Assembly (NCBI GenBank): GCA_028534125.1
Contig: CM052818.1
Coordinates: 4,156,001 to 4,220,000, forward strand
Origin: Lama glama
Taxonomy: Eukaryota
Reading direction: 5' to 3'
DNA: 64,000 nt
Program-made: the position numbers and the translations under genes
The notes under the pieces: model-generated
Database searches by the model: none
What the model saw: the letters and a program-made list of their open reading frames with translations, nothing else
What the model was told of the DNA's origin: nothing
Shown here: positions 1 through 13,204 of the stretch, one piece after another
How the letters are laid out: the number at the start of each line of letters is the position of its first letter
Position numbering within the stretch: the stretch's first letter is position 1

Positions 1-106
1 TAGTCTCTAATTTTTCATGTGATAACTCCTTGATACCTATGGTCCACTGATCTCTCTCTAATCTCTCAGAGAGCTTAAAATAGTTCTGGGATTCATTCGT
101 ATATTT

Positions 107-430
107 TCACAATCATTTATTCAACTAACAAGGGTTGAGAGAACCTATTAGGTGCGAGATACTATGTCAGGCACTGGAATTGCAGCAGGGAACCTGAGGG
201 ACACACAGGACTCCTGTCCTTATGGAGTGACAGAGCTGTGCAGACTCATGTTTTCAAGTCATTGCAATTCCACCTGGTTACTGTGATGACAAGGGAAGTC
301 CAAGACCTGGGACCGCATGGAAATGTAGAAAAAGGGACACCCGATGCAGAACTGGGGAGGCCAAGGAGACTCCTCAGACAAGATCTGAAGAATGACAAGG
401 AGTCACAGCCCGAGGCTGGCAGCATGTGAC
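107..430 (-). mobile_element. L2 fragment
   Basis: catttattcaac...actatgtcaggcactgg..., the L2 3' end in reverse. Confidence 0.5.
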
Positions 431-454
431 TGCCGGGAGGACGGAGAGAAGACT

Positions 455-772
455 GGGTAAGCCATGGTCCACTGCCTTTAGTTGTACAGCCTGTGAGCCA
501 AGAATGGATTTTACATTTTTTAAACGGTTGGGGAAAAAAACTCAAAAGAATATTGCATGGCATGTGAAAATCGCCTGAAATTCAAATTTCTGCATCCATA
601 AATAAAGTGCTGTGGGAACACTGCCATGCTTCATTCGTTCTTTTATATTGTCTTTGGCTGATTTCTTGCTATATGAGCCAAGCCAAGTCGAGGAGATGCA
701 GCAGAGATTGTCTGCCCACAAAGCGTAAATATTTCATACGTGGGCTTTTAAGAAAAGTCTGCTGACCCGTGG
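455..772. mobile_element. MER58-like hAT-Charlie DNA transposon relic
   Basis: gagccaagaatggattttacattttttaaa...aaagtctgctgaccc terminal motif. Confidence 0.7.
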
Positions 773-3700
773 CTGATGGAGCTATTGCATTTATTCTGTA
801 GCTCCATAAGAGAAAATGAGTCTGAATATACCATGTACTGGAAGCTCAGTGAAGAAATATTTGTTTATTTCATATCAAGAAAAACTGGTCTTTGTTAAGA
901 GACAGACGCAGTAATATTTTGAAACACTGTGATGTCGTAAGAAGTTCAGATGATCTGAGTGCCTTCTGGGCTTCAGTGTTGGGGGATATAGAAGCAGCTG
1001 GCAGGAGGATTACTTTCTGGAGCAGGGCCGGGCAAGGGAGGAGAGGGTAAGCATCTGAGGCAGCAGAAACCAGAACAGCAAGGCTTGACTGTGGAGTTCT
1101 GTCTTGATGTTCCATGTAAATGTTTTCTTTTTGGTTGTTTTTGACAGCGAGTGATCAGAGCTGTCTTCTGAAAAGGCTCCCCCTTTGCAGCCTGTGAATT
1201 CTCTCTCTAGCAGGCACAGAACTCTGCCTCTGCTCCACTGCTGCCCTCAGAAATCAGAGGTGGGGACCATTCACTTGAGGTGGCATTCTGGGAAAGTCTT
1301 CTCTGCTGAATCACTGCCTAAAAATACCCCCAGCAAAGCCCCCTTATCAAAATGCAAGAGAAGTTCCCCAGAAAATGGCAGGATGACAACCAGCTGACAC
1401 TTTGCAGGAGCCGCATCCTCCTCATGTCCTAAAATCTCCTTTGTCCTGGTGCCCCTGCATCGCGGTCCACCCAGTGGGCTTAATCGGAATCCAGGGTCTT
1501 GATTTGATTGAAGCTCCTCCCTTACCCATATCTGAGTACGCAAATCCCCTCATCCTGCTATGCAAATGTCCCTTAAACCCTCTAAGCCCCGTCCCTCCTT
1601 TCACTGCCCTGTTTCACAAGGGCCATCATCTTTTGCCAGGATTCTGCCCCAGCCCCATCTGACCCCCCACCTCCACTCTCTGACTCACTGTCCCCAACCT
1701 GGCACGGCGCCCTATACTCAAAACATAGCCACAGAACCGAGGTAGAAAATAGAGAACTCAAAATGAGAAAAACAGTAGAGATGATTCGTCAAGAATCGGA
1801 AACTTTCCAAGAGAAAGAGCAACAACAAAAAAGACAAACGCTAAAGAAAGCTCAATCAGGAGAAACTAAGCCAACATTAGAAAAGAGAAAAAAAAAAAAA
1901 AGAAAAGAAAAGAGGAAACAGAGAAGAAAAGAGAAAAGGGTTATAACCACAGATATAGTATAGATATTTCAAAATTATCATCATCAAAAAAAAAAGGCCA
2001 ATTAGCCATCTTGGAATTTTACAGCCACAGAAAGCTTCCCCGTTCATTTTGCCGGGGGGGGGGAAGATGACACTGGTTGGCCCGGCTAACTCCTCATGCT
2101 AGTGTTTTGTGTCTCAGTCTATGTGATACATTTTGAGGGGAGACCTGCTAAAAGCCCCTATTCTAAGTTCTTATAGTACCATCGCTTTTTCACACTTGTT
2201 TGTTTAGCACTTAACACAACAGAAACTATATGGTGATTTCTTTAAATTTCTGGTTTAATGTCTGTTCCCCCACTATAAGCAGGCTGACTCAGATGTCATG
2301 GTTATAGTCGAAATTTCCAGTATGATTTTTCCTGAGTTTGCTTTACCTAATGGAACATCGTTAAAAGATTTTTTTTTTAACCAAGGACAACGAGCAAGTA
2401 GGGAGCCAGGTGGCTTCTGAGGTCAATGCCTGACCCATCAATTAGCCAAGGTCCCTCACATGGCCCTGCTGACCGTCCCTTGTAGCACTGACCTGATCAT
2501 GTGGCGGGTCCGTGTCCTTTTCCACAGAAATATCGGTATCGGCAGTGTATGCGCTTTGTGTAGTGGCAGCATCCTGCCCAGAAGAAACTCAATTTGACTC
2601 GAATTTTTAAATCCATATTTATATATTTAATGAGAGCCCGATACACCTGCTCTAGCGTCTACCAAGTAAGGGCATCTTTGTCTTGACTCATTCCAATCAG
2701 GCAGTTGAGGGGCTGTCCTGCTGGTACTGCACACATGACCAGGATAGAGGATCAAGATGGATAATCCCAGGGGCCCCGTGGACCCAAGAGTCGGCCCTGG
2801 GAGGACCCTGAAGAGCCCCAGGTGACCCTTTCTATTTCTGGATGTGTAAACCCTTCCCTTCGGTTCTGGGGGTGGAGCTTCCTTAACAAAGCGTGGTCCC
2901 TTTCCTCCCTCCAGCCCCAAATATTTCACAGGAATCAAGGACTTCAACTCCACCACCCAGGCTGACTTTACAGGTGCATAAGCTCAACCTTCGGGCAGGT
3001 GTTCAGCAAACCTGTCAATCACTTCTTTTCCTCCTGGCTGACTGTTCTCATTGCTTTAGCAACCACCCATCTGTATCTTTTGATCAATGCAAAGCTAATT
3101 AAAAACATAAGAAGAAAAGTGAGTGTGAAGACGGTAGGCTTGATGGAACAGGTGCCTGATAATGAAATGTGATTTCTGGGGCCGCTGAATGTTCTGTCTG
3201 TCTGTCAGTCTGATGCTCGTAACCTGCGTCAGTTCCGGTAACAATTGCCCCTGGTGCTCTCCGGTCCAAATACCTGGGTAAATTAACCTATTGCATGCCA
3301 AGTGCAGCAAAGACAGACATACGGTACTCCAAGCTAAGACAGCGGCTGTGAGAATGGAGAGAAACAGACGGGTCTCAGTGAAGCTTGGATGCTTTGCAGG
3401 GAGGGACAGCAGGCAACCGTGGTGACTGCAGTGCGAGGTGAGGGAGATGGTGGGTGAGACCGTCCACACAGCATGACACTTAGCGATTCACGATTCTCCC
3501 AGGATCAGCCCTACTCCTCGGTCCTGAATAAGCTCTTGTGGGATTTCAATCCTTGGAGACTGGATAGATTTCAGGCCCTAACTAAATCTTGGTTTATGGG
3601 CTGCTGATTTGGAAAGAACAACGGCTCTTTCTTGCCACCAAGACAAGCATATGCAGGCCACCGGGGCAAGCATTGCACAACAGGCAGAGAGTGTCCAATG

Positions 3701-3981
3701 TCGGGTTTTGGGAGGGGGGCGGAGCTAGCACGGCAGAGCAGAACACCTTGTCTGGCTGGCTGCAGGAGGTGGGGCGGGAGGGGGATAGTGGAAGAAATGT
3801 CACTGCCCCTTAAAAGCCCCAAACAGGGCTGGGCAACCTCTTCAGAGGGGAACTGGGGGAACGCCAGGCTGCCAAGATGTCAGTATGTACCCCCTGCTCT
3901 CAGAACCAAATTCAAAATTGCACAGGACTGTGGTCTCCCAAACTAACCAAAAGTTCTGGTTCTGGCCATTTCTGTGAGGGC

Positions 3982-4167
3982 TTTTTGTTTTTGTTTTCTG
4001 TGGGGGGAGGTAATTAGGTTTGTTTATTTATTTATTTATTTATTCATTCATTCATTCATTTATTTATTCATTCATTCATTCAGTTTTTTAAATGGAGGTA
4101 CTGGGGATTGAACCCAGGACCTCATGCATACTAAGCATGCACCCTGCCACTGAGCTACACCCTCCCC
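3982..4167 (-). mobile_element. tRNA-derived camelid SINE (Vic-1 type) with TSD
   Basis: Minus strand reads GGGGAGGGTGTAGCTCAGTGGCAG...CCTGGGTTCAATCCCCAGTACCTCC (A and B boxes). TSD ctg(g/a)ttctggccatttctg at 3956-3974 and 4169-4187. Confidence 0.85.
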
Positions 4168-4600
4168 GCTGATTCTGGCCATTTCTGGAAAGCTGAGGAA
4201 GAGCATCGGAGCCCTCAGATACAGACGTGGTGCGGTATCTGCCTCTCCCAGTCTGTTCGGCCAGCTTGGCGATTCCCCATCCCGCACCTGCTCCCAGGCT
4301 CAGCCCTGATCTAAGTCCCGTCTTTCTCCCTTACTCCCCCTCCCCCCATATCCGGAACACCTCTTGGCCACCCAGCAAGGCTCTAGTTCTGGTTCACATC
4401 ACCTCTCACATAAATGATCAGCATACTCCTCTGACTGAGCTCCAGGCTCCCAAACACTGAATTCTGAGCAAGATAAAAGGCCCTTTCTGTTGCCAGCCAG
4501 GGCGTTTGGAAGCGTCTGCACGAGTCCCACAGCCCAACTGGTAGAGAGAGGTCCTCTCCGCCAAGCCAGGCCCAGGGGAGGCGAGGCGAGGACAGCATAC

Positions 4601-4808
4601 CTGTCAAAGGAGGGCCGCTCCCCCGCGTCAAAAGCATCTCTCAGCTGCTTCACCAGGTTGTCCTGCCCAGGCAGCCGGAAGATGCCCTCTTCGTTCAGGC
4701 CGTGCTCCAGGATGAACTCCGCACACTTCTCCACCAGGATGGGCACCAGGTGGGGGCCAAATTTCTGCTCATAGGCCACTGTCTCATCCAAGCGCTGGCC
4801 GAACACCG
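4601..4808 (-). CDS. ARHGAP25: ARHGAP25 coding exon (human exon 5 equivalent; 208 nt), start of RhoGAP domain
   Basis: (A)[68 protein letters not shown](R). Arginine-finger codon CGG at 4675-4677. Acceptor CCTCCTCCCAG|CG, donor CAG|GTATGC. Confidence 0.96.
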
Positions 4809-5063
4809 CTGGGAGGAGGAAAAAGCAGACCGTCACTCTGACCCCCCTTGGAAGAACTCATAGATCAACGTGCTTTGTCCGTTTCTCGATTTTCTTTGTG
4901 GCCTGAGACTTCAGCGGTTTTACTGCAGGGATTCTAAACAAAATACAGGGGACAAATCACACATAATATTTCCTGGAGCTATAAATTGGGGGCTGTACAC
5001 TCGAGGCAGTCTGTCAGTCTTTTTCTGTTTATCCACATTTATTGTGTTTAAAATAACAACTCT

Positions 5064-5236
5064 AGTAACTTATGGTGAAAAAGAATATGAAAACGAATAT
5101 ATGTATGTTCGTGTATGACTGAAGCACTGTGCTGTACACCAGAAGTTTACACAGCATTGTAAACTGACTATACTTCAATAAATATATATACATAAAATTA
5201 AATTAAATTAAATTAAATTAAATTAAATTAAATTAA
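5064..5236 (+). mobile_element. 5'-truncated L1 3' end with (TAAAT)n tail
   Basis: Matches the L1 3'UTR ends at 24.5, 48.0 and 61.6 kb (gaatatgaaaacgaatatatgtatg...actgactatacttcaataaa). Confidence 0.8.
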
Positions 5237-5249
5237 AAAGTAGCGGCTC

Positions 5250-5480
5250 CCTTTTACGGAGTGCTTGTGTGCTAGGAATTATGCTAAGTACTTTGCACAC
5301 TTTTTCTCATTTAACCTTGACCGCAGCACCTGAGGGCGTGGTGTTGTCATATCCATCTTACTATTAAAGACATCGAGCCTTAGAGGCGTTAATGAACTTG
5401 CTAAGGTCAGGGACACGGCACAGTCAGAATTCAAGCCCAGGCCGTAAACTCAGGAGAATGTGCTCTTAGCCACAGTAGCA
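5250..5480 (-). mobile_element. MIR
   Basis: gtgctaggaattatgctaagtactttg...gaattcaagcccagg. Confidence 0.55.
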
Positions 5481-6720
5481 AGTGGGTCATTCTGAATTCT
5501 GCTTGAGTTTTGTAGCATTAAGGCATAATGATCCACTGTACGGATGTCTCATACTGTATGAAACCACCGCAGTACTGTAAATAATTTACATTGTCTTCTA
5601 CACTCTATTATTATTACCATTGCTCCTGTGAGAACGTGGTCACTCGCTAGCAGAGTTCCTGGAATGTATATCGTGCGATGCACAATGCCTGATTAAGTGC
5701 TTAATTAATTCATTAACATTTGGATGGATGAAGACAGGCTTTTCCTTCTTTCAAACTATTTCCTGAGGGCCAATTCCCACATGGAAAATTACGAGGTCAA
5801 GTGGTTTGAACATTTGGATGACTACGGTATGCAAATTGCTTTCCAAAACTATTTTTCCAGATGACACTGCCTCCAGCGAAGCATGCGGGGACCAGCTCCC
5901 CCCAGCCCTGCCAGCACCTGGCTGGACAATTTCCCCACCCCAGCAGTGTGCCCGCTGGACTGTTGTCTGTTTTACCTACAGCACTCCAGTGAGACTGTTT
6001 GGTTAAATATGTCTGTGGTTGAAATGGGAGAACCAGGGCCAGCATTCCTTAAGGTGGCATTCGGCCTGGCCCCCACCTACCTTTCTGGCCTGACTTCTGG
6101 CCACGCCCCTAAAGGCATCTTGGCCTGATGTTCTGAAAGCCCCTAGTGCTCTCGGGTTTTCGTGCCCTCAGTCTGTTCATCTGTCCCTTCCCCGTCTAAG
6201 GTTCTATGTCTTCCTTGGCTGGACTCACTATCATCACCTCTGCCAAGTCTTCCCTGACTCACCCTGAAGGACTCCATCCCCACTCTGTGCATCCGTGTCC
6301 CTTCGGTAATACCCCAATTCCTTTCCTGTTCCACACTTCCCTTTCCCACTGTGCTATTATTATCTATATGTGCCGTGTTCTCTGCAAGACTGCAGGCTCC
6401 CCTGCCCTCCCAGCTTCTGCTTCTCCCCTCGTCAGCCACGTGACCTCTCAACCATCCCAATCTGGTTCCATCCCCGTGCCCAGCATGGAGCCTGGCCCAA
6501 GGCAGACAGTCAACCAGTTTTGCTGAATTACTTAATGAATTACGCCATCTTTAAGCAAGTGCTTTCCACGCTTAATGACAATTCTGGCACTTCTTTCGTT
6601 TAAACACTAGTAGGGCCCCCTTCAGGAAATGAATTCAACTTCACGCTTATTATCTATCGAGTGCCCTGTATGTGCCAGCAGCCGGCCAGGCGGGATGGCT
6701 GTACAGACAGACTGGAAGAC

Positions 6721-7401
6721 TGAAACAGAGCAGGACCCTATGGGATCTTCCCAGGGCAGATCCCCACTCCTCCTCGTCCTCTGCCTGCCTCTTGTCTGTA
6801 GAAAAACTTCAGTCAAAGAACAAGTGTAATCTGAGAAATAAGAAAATATAGAAACAAAGGGAAATAGTCAAGCAAAACAAAATAATAATAGTTTGGCCAT
6901 TAAACAGAGTCAAGGACCTGTAGTTCCTCCTCAAGGGCTATAAATAATATTCTGAACCATATCCTTTGAGCTGGTAAAACCCCCACCAGACAGAAGCAGC
7001 TAACTGTGTGGTAACTAGAGTGTAGCTGTGACATAAGCTGCCACAATTTTGAGAACTGGCCTCAAAGAAATGAGAACGGACCAACCCTGGAACTGAAGAT
7101 CAACTGTACTTGCAAGAATCACGATGCTGCTGATCAGACCATCAGCATGACTAACTTTGAGATGACTGTCAGAGCTGACTGCGCTCCTCTGCATGTAGCC
7201 CCCTCTCTCCACCTCCTGTACACCCTGAGACTCTTTAAGAGCTCTTGCCCATTGATTGTCAGGGTAGGGAGCTGGTCTTTGGACAGGAGCCCGCCTCTTC
7301 CCCACCTCCAGATGCCAGTCTCCAGAATAAAGCCAGATTTCCTTTCTACCCATTGTATTGGCTTTTGATCGGCAAGCAGTCGGACCTGTGTTTTGGTAAC
7401 A
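6721..7401 (+). mobile_element. Solo LTR (ERV1-like, 681 bp)
   Basis: TG...CA termini, AATAAA at about 7326, and 4-bp flanks agac/agat. Exact family not identified. Confidence 0.7.
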
Positions 7402-10400
7402 AGATGTGGCTCTGGCTTTCAACAAGCTTATTATCAAGTTATGAACATGAAAGGACCTCATGCAAGAGAATGAGAAACAATTAGAGCATGTCAGTACTGA
7501 TGTAGAATTAGGTTTCTATTTGTCTGTGAAAGAGTTCAATAGCTATTCTCCCCAAATTGGAGGGAAATGATTGAAATGATCTAACTAAAAACATAGACAA
7601 TAGGATATTTGTAAAATGTCCTAAGAGGCAGATGTGTTTCAGGGCAGCTGAAACTTGGGCTCAAGGGGCCTTCCGGATCCCAATAGGGAAAGATATCCCA
7701 AACATGATGGAATGGTGTTCTCAGAGACGGCAGAGCCGTCAAACCAAACGTGAGCTCCATCTCTGAGGTCCCCAGGCAGATGATCTGGAATCAAGCTCCT
7801 TCTTACACCCCGCTGCACAGTGAGTCCTCCAACTTTTCTCCTCTTCCAAGTCTATCAACCTCGTCCTGTGCTCATCACCTCTTCCTTCCATGGCCCACAG
7901 TCAGGCATTTCAACATCATTTGCCCCAGGACACTCATTTCCCAACATTCTTTTTCCTTCCAGCATCTCCACTCTGCTCATTTCCACTACCCTCTCCACGC
8001 CGTCTTCAAGTCACTGAGGAACAGTGCAGCCCAATGTCCATGAGATCTTGGGTCAAAAACTTCACCACTCCCTTGAGCTCACCACCCATTCCCTCCTCTC
8101 TGTCTCAGGGAGTGACCTCATCTCCTCTTTCCCTTATCTCCCCAAATGGAAGACATCATGAGAGAACCCCGTCATCTCCAGTCCCTGCTCCTCCTGTCCC
8201 TTCTCTGTCTGTCTGCCTGTCCTCTCTTGGAGGAAGGAAAGTGCCCTGTGCTTTCCTCTAAGCTGATGCTTTCTTGAACTATGGGTTCCATCCCTTTCCA
8301 CCTCTTCCAGGACTTCACTCCTCCTTCCCATCTTAAATTGAAGGAGCATGTGAGTCTAAATTTTTACCAAATTATTAAAGAATAATCTCCCACCCCAGCT
8401 CTCATGCAATCACATCACTCACCTTTCTTCTCCTCACCTATAGACTCATAGAAAAATGTGTCTACTTGTAAAAAGGGTTCTCCACCCTCACAGGCTCTAC
8501 TTCTTCTTGATCATTTCCTTAACCTCTCAACCCAGCTTACTCTGGTTTCATCAGCTGCATCTTCCCACCCAACCTGCCCACTAGGATTTCTTGTGCCCTC
8601 CTAATGGCTGAATCTGGTCTGAGTTCATTCCACACTCTACCCGTCTTCTCTGAAGACTCTGATGGTGTCGATTCTCATTGTTCTGCAAGACTTTCTCCCT
8701 GCATGACTATGAAACCATCCACTCTCATGCTGGTCTCATCTCCCTCCTGGCTCCTCTACAGGCTCCTGTACTTGCCCCTTCCTCCACCTGCTCCTTCAGT
8801 GTGTCATTTCCCAGCCGTCCACCTCAGGCTTCTTCTCACTCTAGACGTTGTCCTTGGAAAAGTTCACACAACTCCATGCATTTAGATAGCGCCCATAACA
8901 TCATGACTTGGAAATCTGCGTGTCTGGTCCAATCTTGATTTCTCTTTCTATCTCTATGTCTATCTCCATCATTTCTTTCTCTCTCTCCTCTATTCCCTTA
9001 GGTCCAGCATCCAATGACAGTTCCCCCAGGGTCTTCTCCAGCCTCACTCGCATCCCACCCTACTGCCCCAGCATTCCCAAATCACTGCTTCTCTTGTAGA
9101 CTTTCTCCCCGTCCCTTCTCTCCTGAATGTACCCCAGTCAGCACTTCTCCAAACTTGCACGTGTCAAGGAGATCGATGGCCTTTACATTTTTAAAATCCA
9201 GGGATCAAATTCTCGATCTTGATCTGAACTGCTCCATCAGCCATATGCGACGCAGCCAATCACCCCTCCTTCCTTAGACAATTTCTCCCGTGGCTTTCGC
9301 TTCTCCGTTTATCTCACTGGCCTCTCATTCTCAGCCCCCTCAGATGATTCCTCCTTACAACCTGTCGTCCAAAGGCTGGAGTGTCCCAGACTTACCCTTC
9401 GTCATCTGCATGTACTTCATAACCTCAAGGCTTTAAATATCACCCACATGATGAAGACTCTGAACTTTCCATCTCCAGCCTAGAAACCAGGCAGAGCTAT
9501 TCCCACCAACAAGAAATGACCATAGCCTGCTCTGAAGACATAGGACCTACAGGTTCCTTCTTCCATGAGGGACAGGGCGCTCTCTTTCTTTAGTCTGTCT
9601 AGATCAGGCTTTGTCATTCTTCATCTCACATCACACACGAGGAATTTGGAACCCAAAACATCCCTGGAACTCCAAAGACCCAGTCCTGAGTTCTACCCTC
9701 CTCTGACTTCCGGGTCCTAACTGCTACCCTTTGATCGTGGATGGACATGAAATAGCCTAGATATCAGGGAATAGATGACCGGAGAAGTCCCAGGAAACCA
9801 GGGAAAGGACCAGTGAAGGAGGGAAGCAGCAGACAGTGAGTGGGAGATACTCAAAGACCATTTTCCACCCCAAGGGTACCAAGAGGCAAAACCCAGGCTC
9901 TGTTTTCTGTGCCCTGCCCTCCTAGCCTGCACTCAGTCCTTTAGGGAACCCCTGCCCAACTGCTCCTTCCACCTTCTGCCAGCACCCCCCCAATTCATTC
10001 ATAACTACTCATCACTTTGGACCTGTCACCATCAACAGATTCTTTTCCATCTACACAGATACAGTCTTAATTAATTATAATATATGATATGATTATAATT
10101 ATTAATACATTTAATCAATTAAGCTAATTATATGGCAAACTACCTATCTAAAAGCTTTCAGGCATGCGCTCTTTTAGTTCTCATAAGAACCCTACAAAGT
10201 AGATATGATTGTTCCATTTGACAGAGGAGAAAACCAAGACTCAGATGAGGCATTTGTCCAAGTTCGTATTTGCTCTGAGATTCTAAAATCAGTGCTTTAA
10301 TCTTTCATGTTTAAAGTCAGTGGAATAAAATTGTCCAGGTGAAGTTTCAGACATCTTTAAGGCTCGAGGGGAGGGAGAAAGAGGGTAGCTGCCCAGTCTC

Positions 10401-11689
10401 TGCTCGGAAGACATCCTCCACCCTTAACTTCTCAAGTCCCCTCTTCAGACTGGCTGGAACACCCCAGGACATGGTGCTGGTTTGGGTGAGTGAAAGGAGA
10501 AGGATTAGCTGTCCCCTCCTTTCTAACCTGGCTCTTCCTCCATCGTCACTCAAGCACTCCTGGATTCAGGACAAGAGCCCCTCCCACCAGCCTCCAGTCC
10601 AGCCCAGGTCGCCGAGAGCCCACCCCCTGCCCCTCCCCCTCCACATTGACCTTGTCCCCAGAGGCTTGGTCCTGAGAGCATCCCCAGCCCAGACAGGAGA
10701 GGGAAATGGAGCTGGGCGAAGTGTCTTGTCAGGGGAGAACGGACTCACAGAAGGGAAAAGAAATACCTTTCTTTCGGAGCTTGGGGGTTTTCCTCCTGAA
10801 ATTCCAGCAAAAGAGCAGTGCCAGGGCAGGAAACCCGCAGCCCAGTTCCCACCGTGGCATCCTGGGAATATGAGGCATGGCGGGGGACAGCGGATCGTAG
10901 TTTCTGTTGGGCCAGCCTCAGGCCTTCCCTCCTCCCCGGGCTGGAAGATCCATCCTCTCTTGCTTCCAGATCAGCACATGCTTGTGAATACTGCTCAGGT
11001 TCTGACTCGGGCACTGAAACCGTGGGATCTGTCGGCACCTGCCCCTGGCCCTCCCTTCCTCCTTCCCACACTACTTCTCCTCCCCACTCACCTTTGCACA
11101 CATGACTCTTGGCTTTTAAAGAGTGAACATAAAGCTGTCAAGGCTTGTAATAAAAATAAGTGCCTCCTTTTACTTAGCAGCTAATTGTCAACTGCCATTC
11201 AAGGAATACCATGGAGGTGGGTTTAAAAAAAAAAAAAAAACCCACACACAGCCCTTACCAGCATTGCTCCATATATCAAAGCATCTGGCAGGAACACAGG
11301 ATTTCACTTAGCGTTGATGAAGCCAGCCCACCCTTCTCTGGAAATTACTAAATTGCACGTGGCTCAGCCAAGCCTTCAGAGCCTTCTTGGAGGTGGGTTG
11401 CTGGGGGAATAAAGGAGATGATTTCCTCCTCCCTTTGAGAAGGTTTAGCAAAGAGTACTGCAAGCCAACTAGACATGCCCAGGAGACTTGAAATGGATTC
11501 TCAGCATCTTGGGGGGAGAAGGCAGGAGCAGGGACGGACAGCCAGGAAAAGTCCTGCGCAGTGTAATGCTGCCAGCTAAGTATTCATCCCTCCATGCTCT
11601 CATAGGCCAGGAGTGGAGGACTCATCTTTGTCACCATATTCTCCTTCCCTGTCAAATTCATTCCCATGTCCTGGCAATGTTACCACTGA

Positions 11690-12220
11690 AATGTTATGCA
11701 AACCTATTTACTTCTCCATCTCTACCACCCCTACCATGGTCCAAGCCACCTTAGGGATGAAGGCTGGCATCTTTAACAAGGCTTTCTCTATTGTTCTCAT
11801 CTTCCTCACACCTCAGAGCCCATTCTCCTTACTGCCCCAGGACCTTTGCATGTGCTATTCCTCTGACTGAGACATTATTCCTCTTCCCTCTTCTCTGCCT
11901 AGTCGGCCTCTTCTGGTGCTTCAGATTGAAGCTTAATCATCACTAGTTTAAGCTCTGAACATCTTGACAAAGACGTTTTTTTCCACACTTGACACCACAA
12001 GTTTATTCTTCATGGTGCTTTTCAACACTATAATTTTATGGTCTTCCTTGGGGCTGTTTTTTTGCTTCCTTTCTGCATCTTCTACTAGACTGTGAGCTCC
12101 TTGAGAGCAGAGGCTTTGCCTTTTCTTTTTTTCTCTCTTTTCTCTCTCACTATTGTAACCCCCAGAGCTGGCACATGACACCTGCTCAAGGAATATTTGT
12201 TGAGTAAAGGAATAAATAAG
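11690..12220 (+). mobile_element. L2 3' fragment
   Basis: ctagactgtgagctccttgagagcag...tgctcaaggaatatttgttgagt. Confidence 0.7.
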
Positions 12221-12299
12221 TAGCTGGCTGATGTTAGGATCTCAGGGGAAGGGTGGTGAGGGAATTAATGAAAATAAGTCAAAAGTCATCCCCCCGGGG

Positions 12300-12420
12300 T
12301 GGGGAAGAATTATAGCTCGAGTGGTAGAGCGCATGTTTAGCATACACAAGGTCCTGGGTTCAATCCCCAGTACCTCCTCTAAAAATACATAGGTAAACTT
12401 AATGACCTGCCCCCACCACA
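12300..12420 (+). mobile_element. tRNA-derived camelid SINE
   Basis: TATAGCTCGAGTGGTAGAGCGCATG...GTCCTGGGTTCAATCCCCAGTACCTCC; homologous to the other copies in the window. Confidence 0.85.
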
Positions 12421-13204
12421 ATGTTCTGTTTAGCTAGAGAGAAAGAACTGGACACATGGAATAACAATGAGTCACAGAGACAGCGCACTCCCACAGGCTA
12501 CACTGAGCTGGGGGTTGTGAAATCACGCCCTGAAGGCTGCAGAGGCTTAAGAAATGATCAGGAAAAAAAGAACCCGAGGCACAGAACAATTCAGTATTCA
12601 TACACTCCAAGCCTAGTGCTGGCAAACACAAAAAGGCGCTTAAACGTGGGACCTGCCCCAGGGACTTAACAACCTGGTAGGGTGGAGCGGAACTATTTGA
12701 AATTTAGTCCTGTGTTTCTGTGCCCAGCAACGGCCTGAGGAAAACCTCACAGGCCAGCCTCCAGAGGGAGAGGGCAAAACAGGTCCCAACTGAGTCACAA
12801 TTTGCAAAGTGGCTCTCAGCTCCCTAGGGATGGGCCAGAGACCAGGTTTCAACGCGGAGATCCAGGGAAGGCAGAGCCCGTGGACGGAAAGGAGGGGGTG
12901 GTCTGGAGAATGTGGGCATCTGTGAGCCTGGAAAAAATTCACCCGAAGTTGGGATGTGACCGCCTTCCTTCTCTTTCTCCAACTTAAATCGGGGAAACCT
13001 AGACATGCATCCGGAACTTCCAGGGAAAAATTTAATCTAACCTTTCCAGCTAGGCCCTTAGGAAAAGGTAGTTAAAAAAAACAAAAAAACAAACAAAAAA
13101 AACAAAACCAAGAGATCAATTAGCTGTCTAGGAAGGAAAAGTCTGGAACAAACACCAAAGGGCACCAAAGTGCTTCTCTCCAAGGTGCAACACCGAGACT
13201 TGGC

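Noticed and set aside
1763..1963. Lys/Arg-rich 66-aa ORF
   Set aside because: A-rich low-complexity sequence, probably decayed L1.
1..4600. Next RhoGAP exon (DTDVHTVASLLK-like, recalled)
   Set aside because: Not found; probably left of the window.
5195..5236. Regular (TAAAT)n array and other short direct repeats as a CRISPR-like or novel array
   Set aside because: Simple microsatellite expansion of an L1 tail with no spacers; eukaryotic intron context.
10339..11184. Longest ORF (281 aa, plus strand, GTG start)
   Set aside because: Pro/Ser/Leu-rich with no recognisable domain, no ATG start, and antisense within an intron; consistent with a chance ORF in GC-rich DNA.
12300..12385. tRNA-like sequences (here and five other sites) as tRNA genes
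   Set aside because: Diverged arms, A-rich tails and TSDs on several copies identify them as SINEs.
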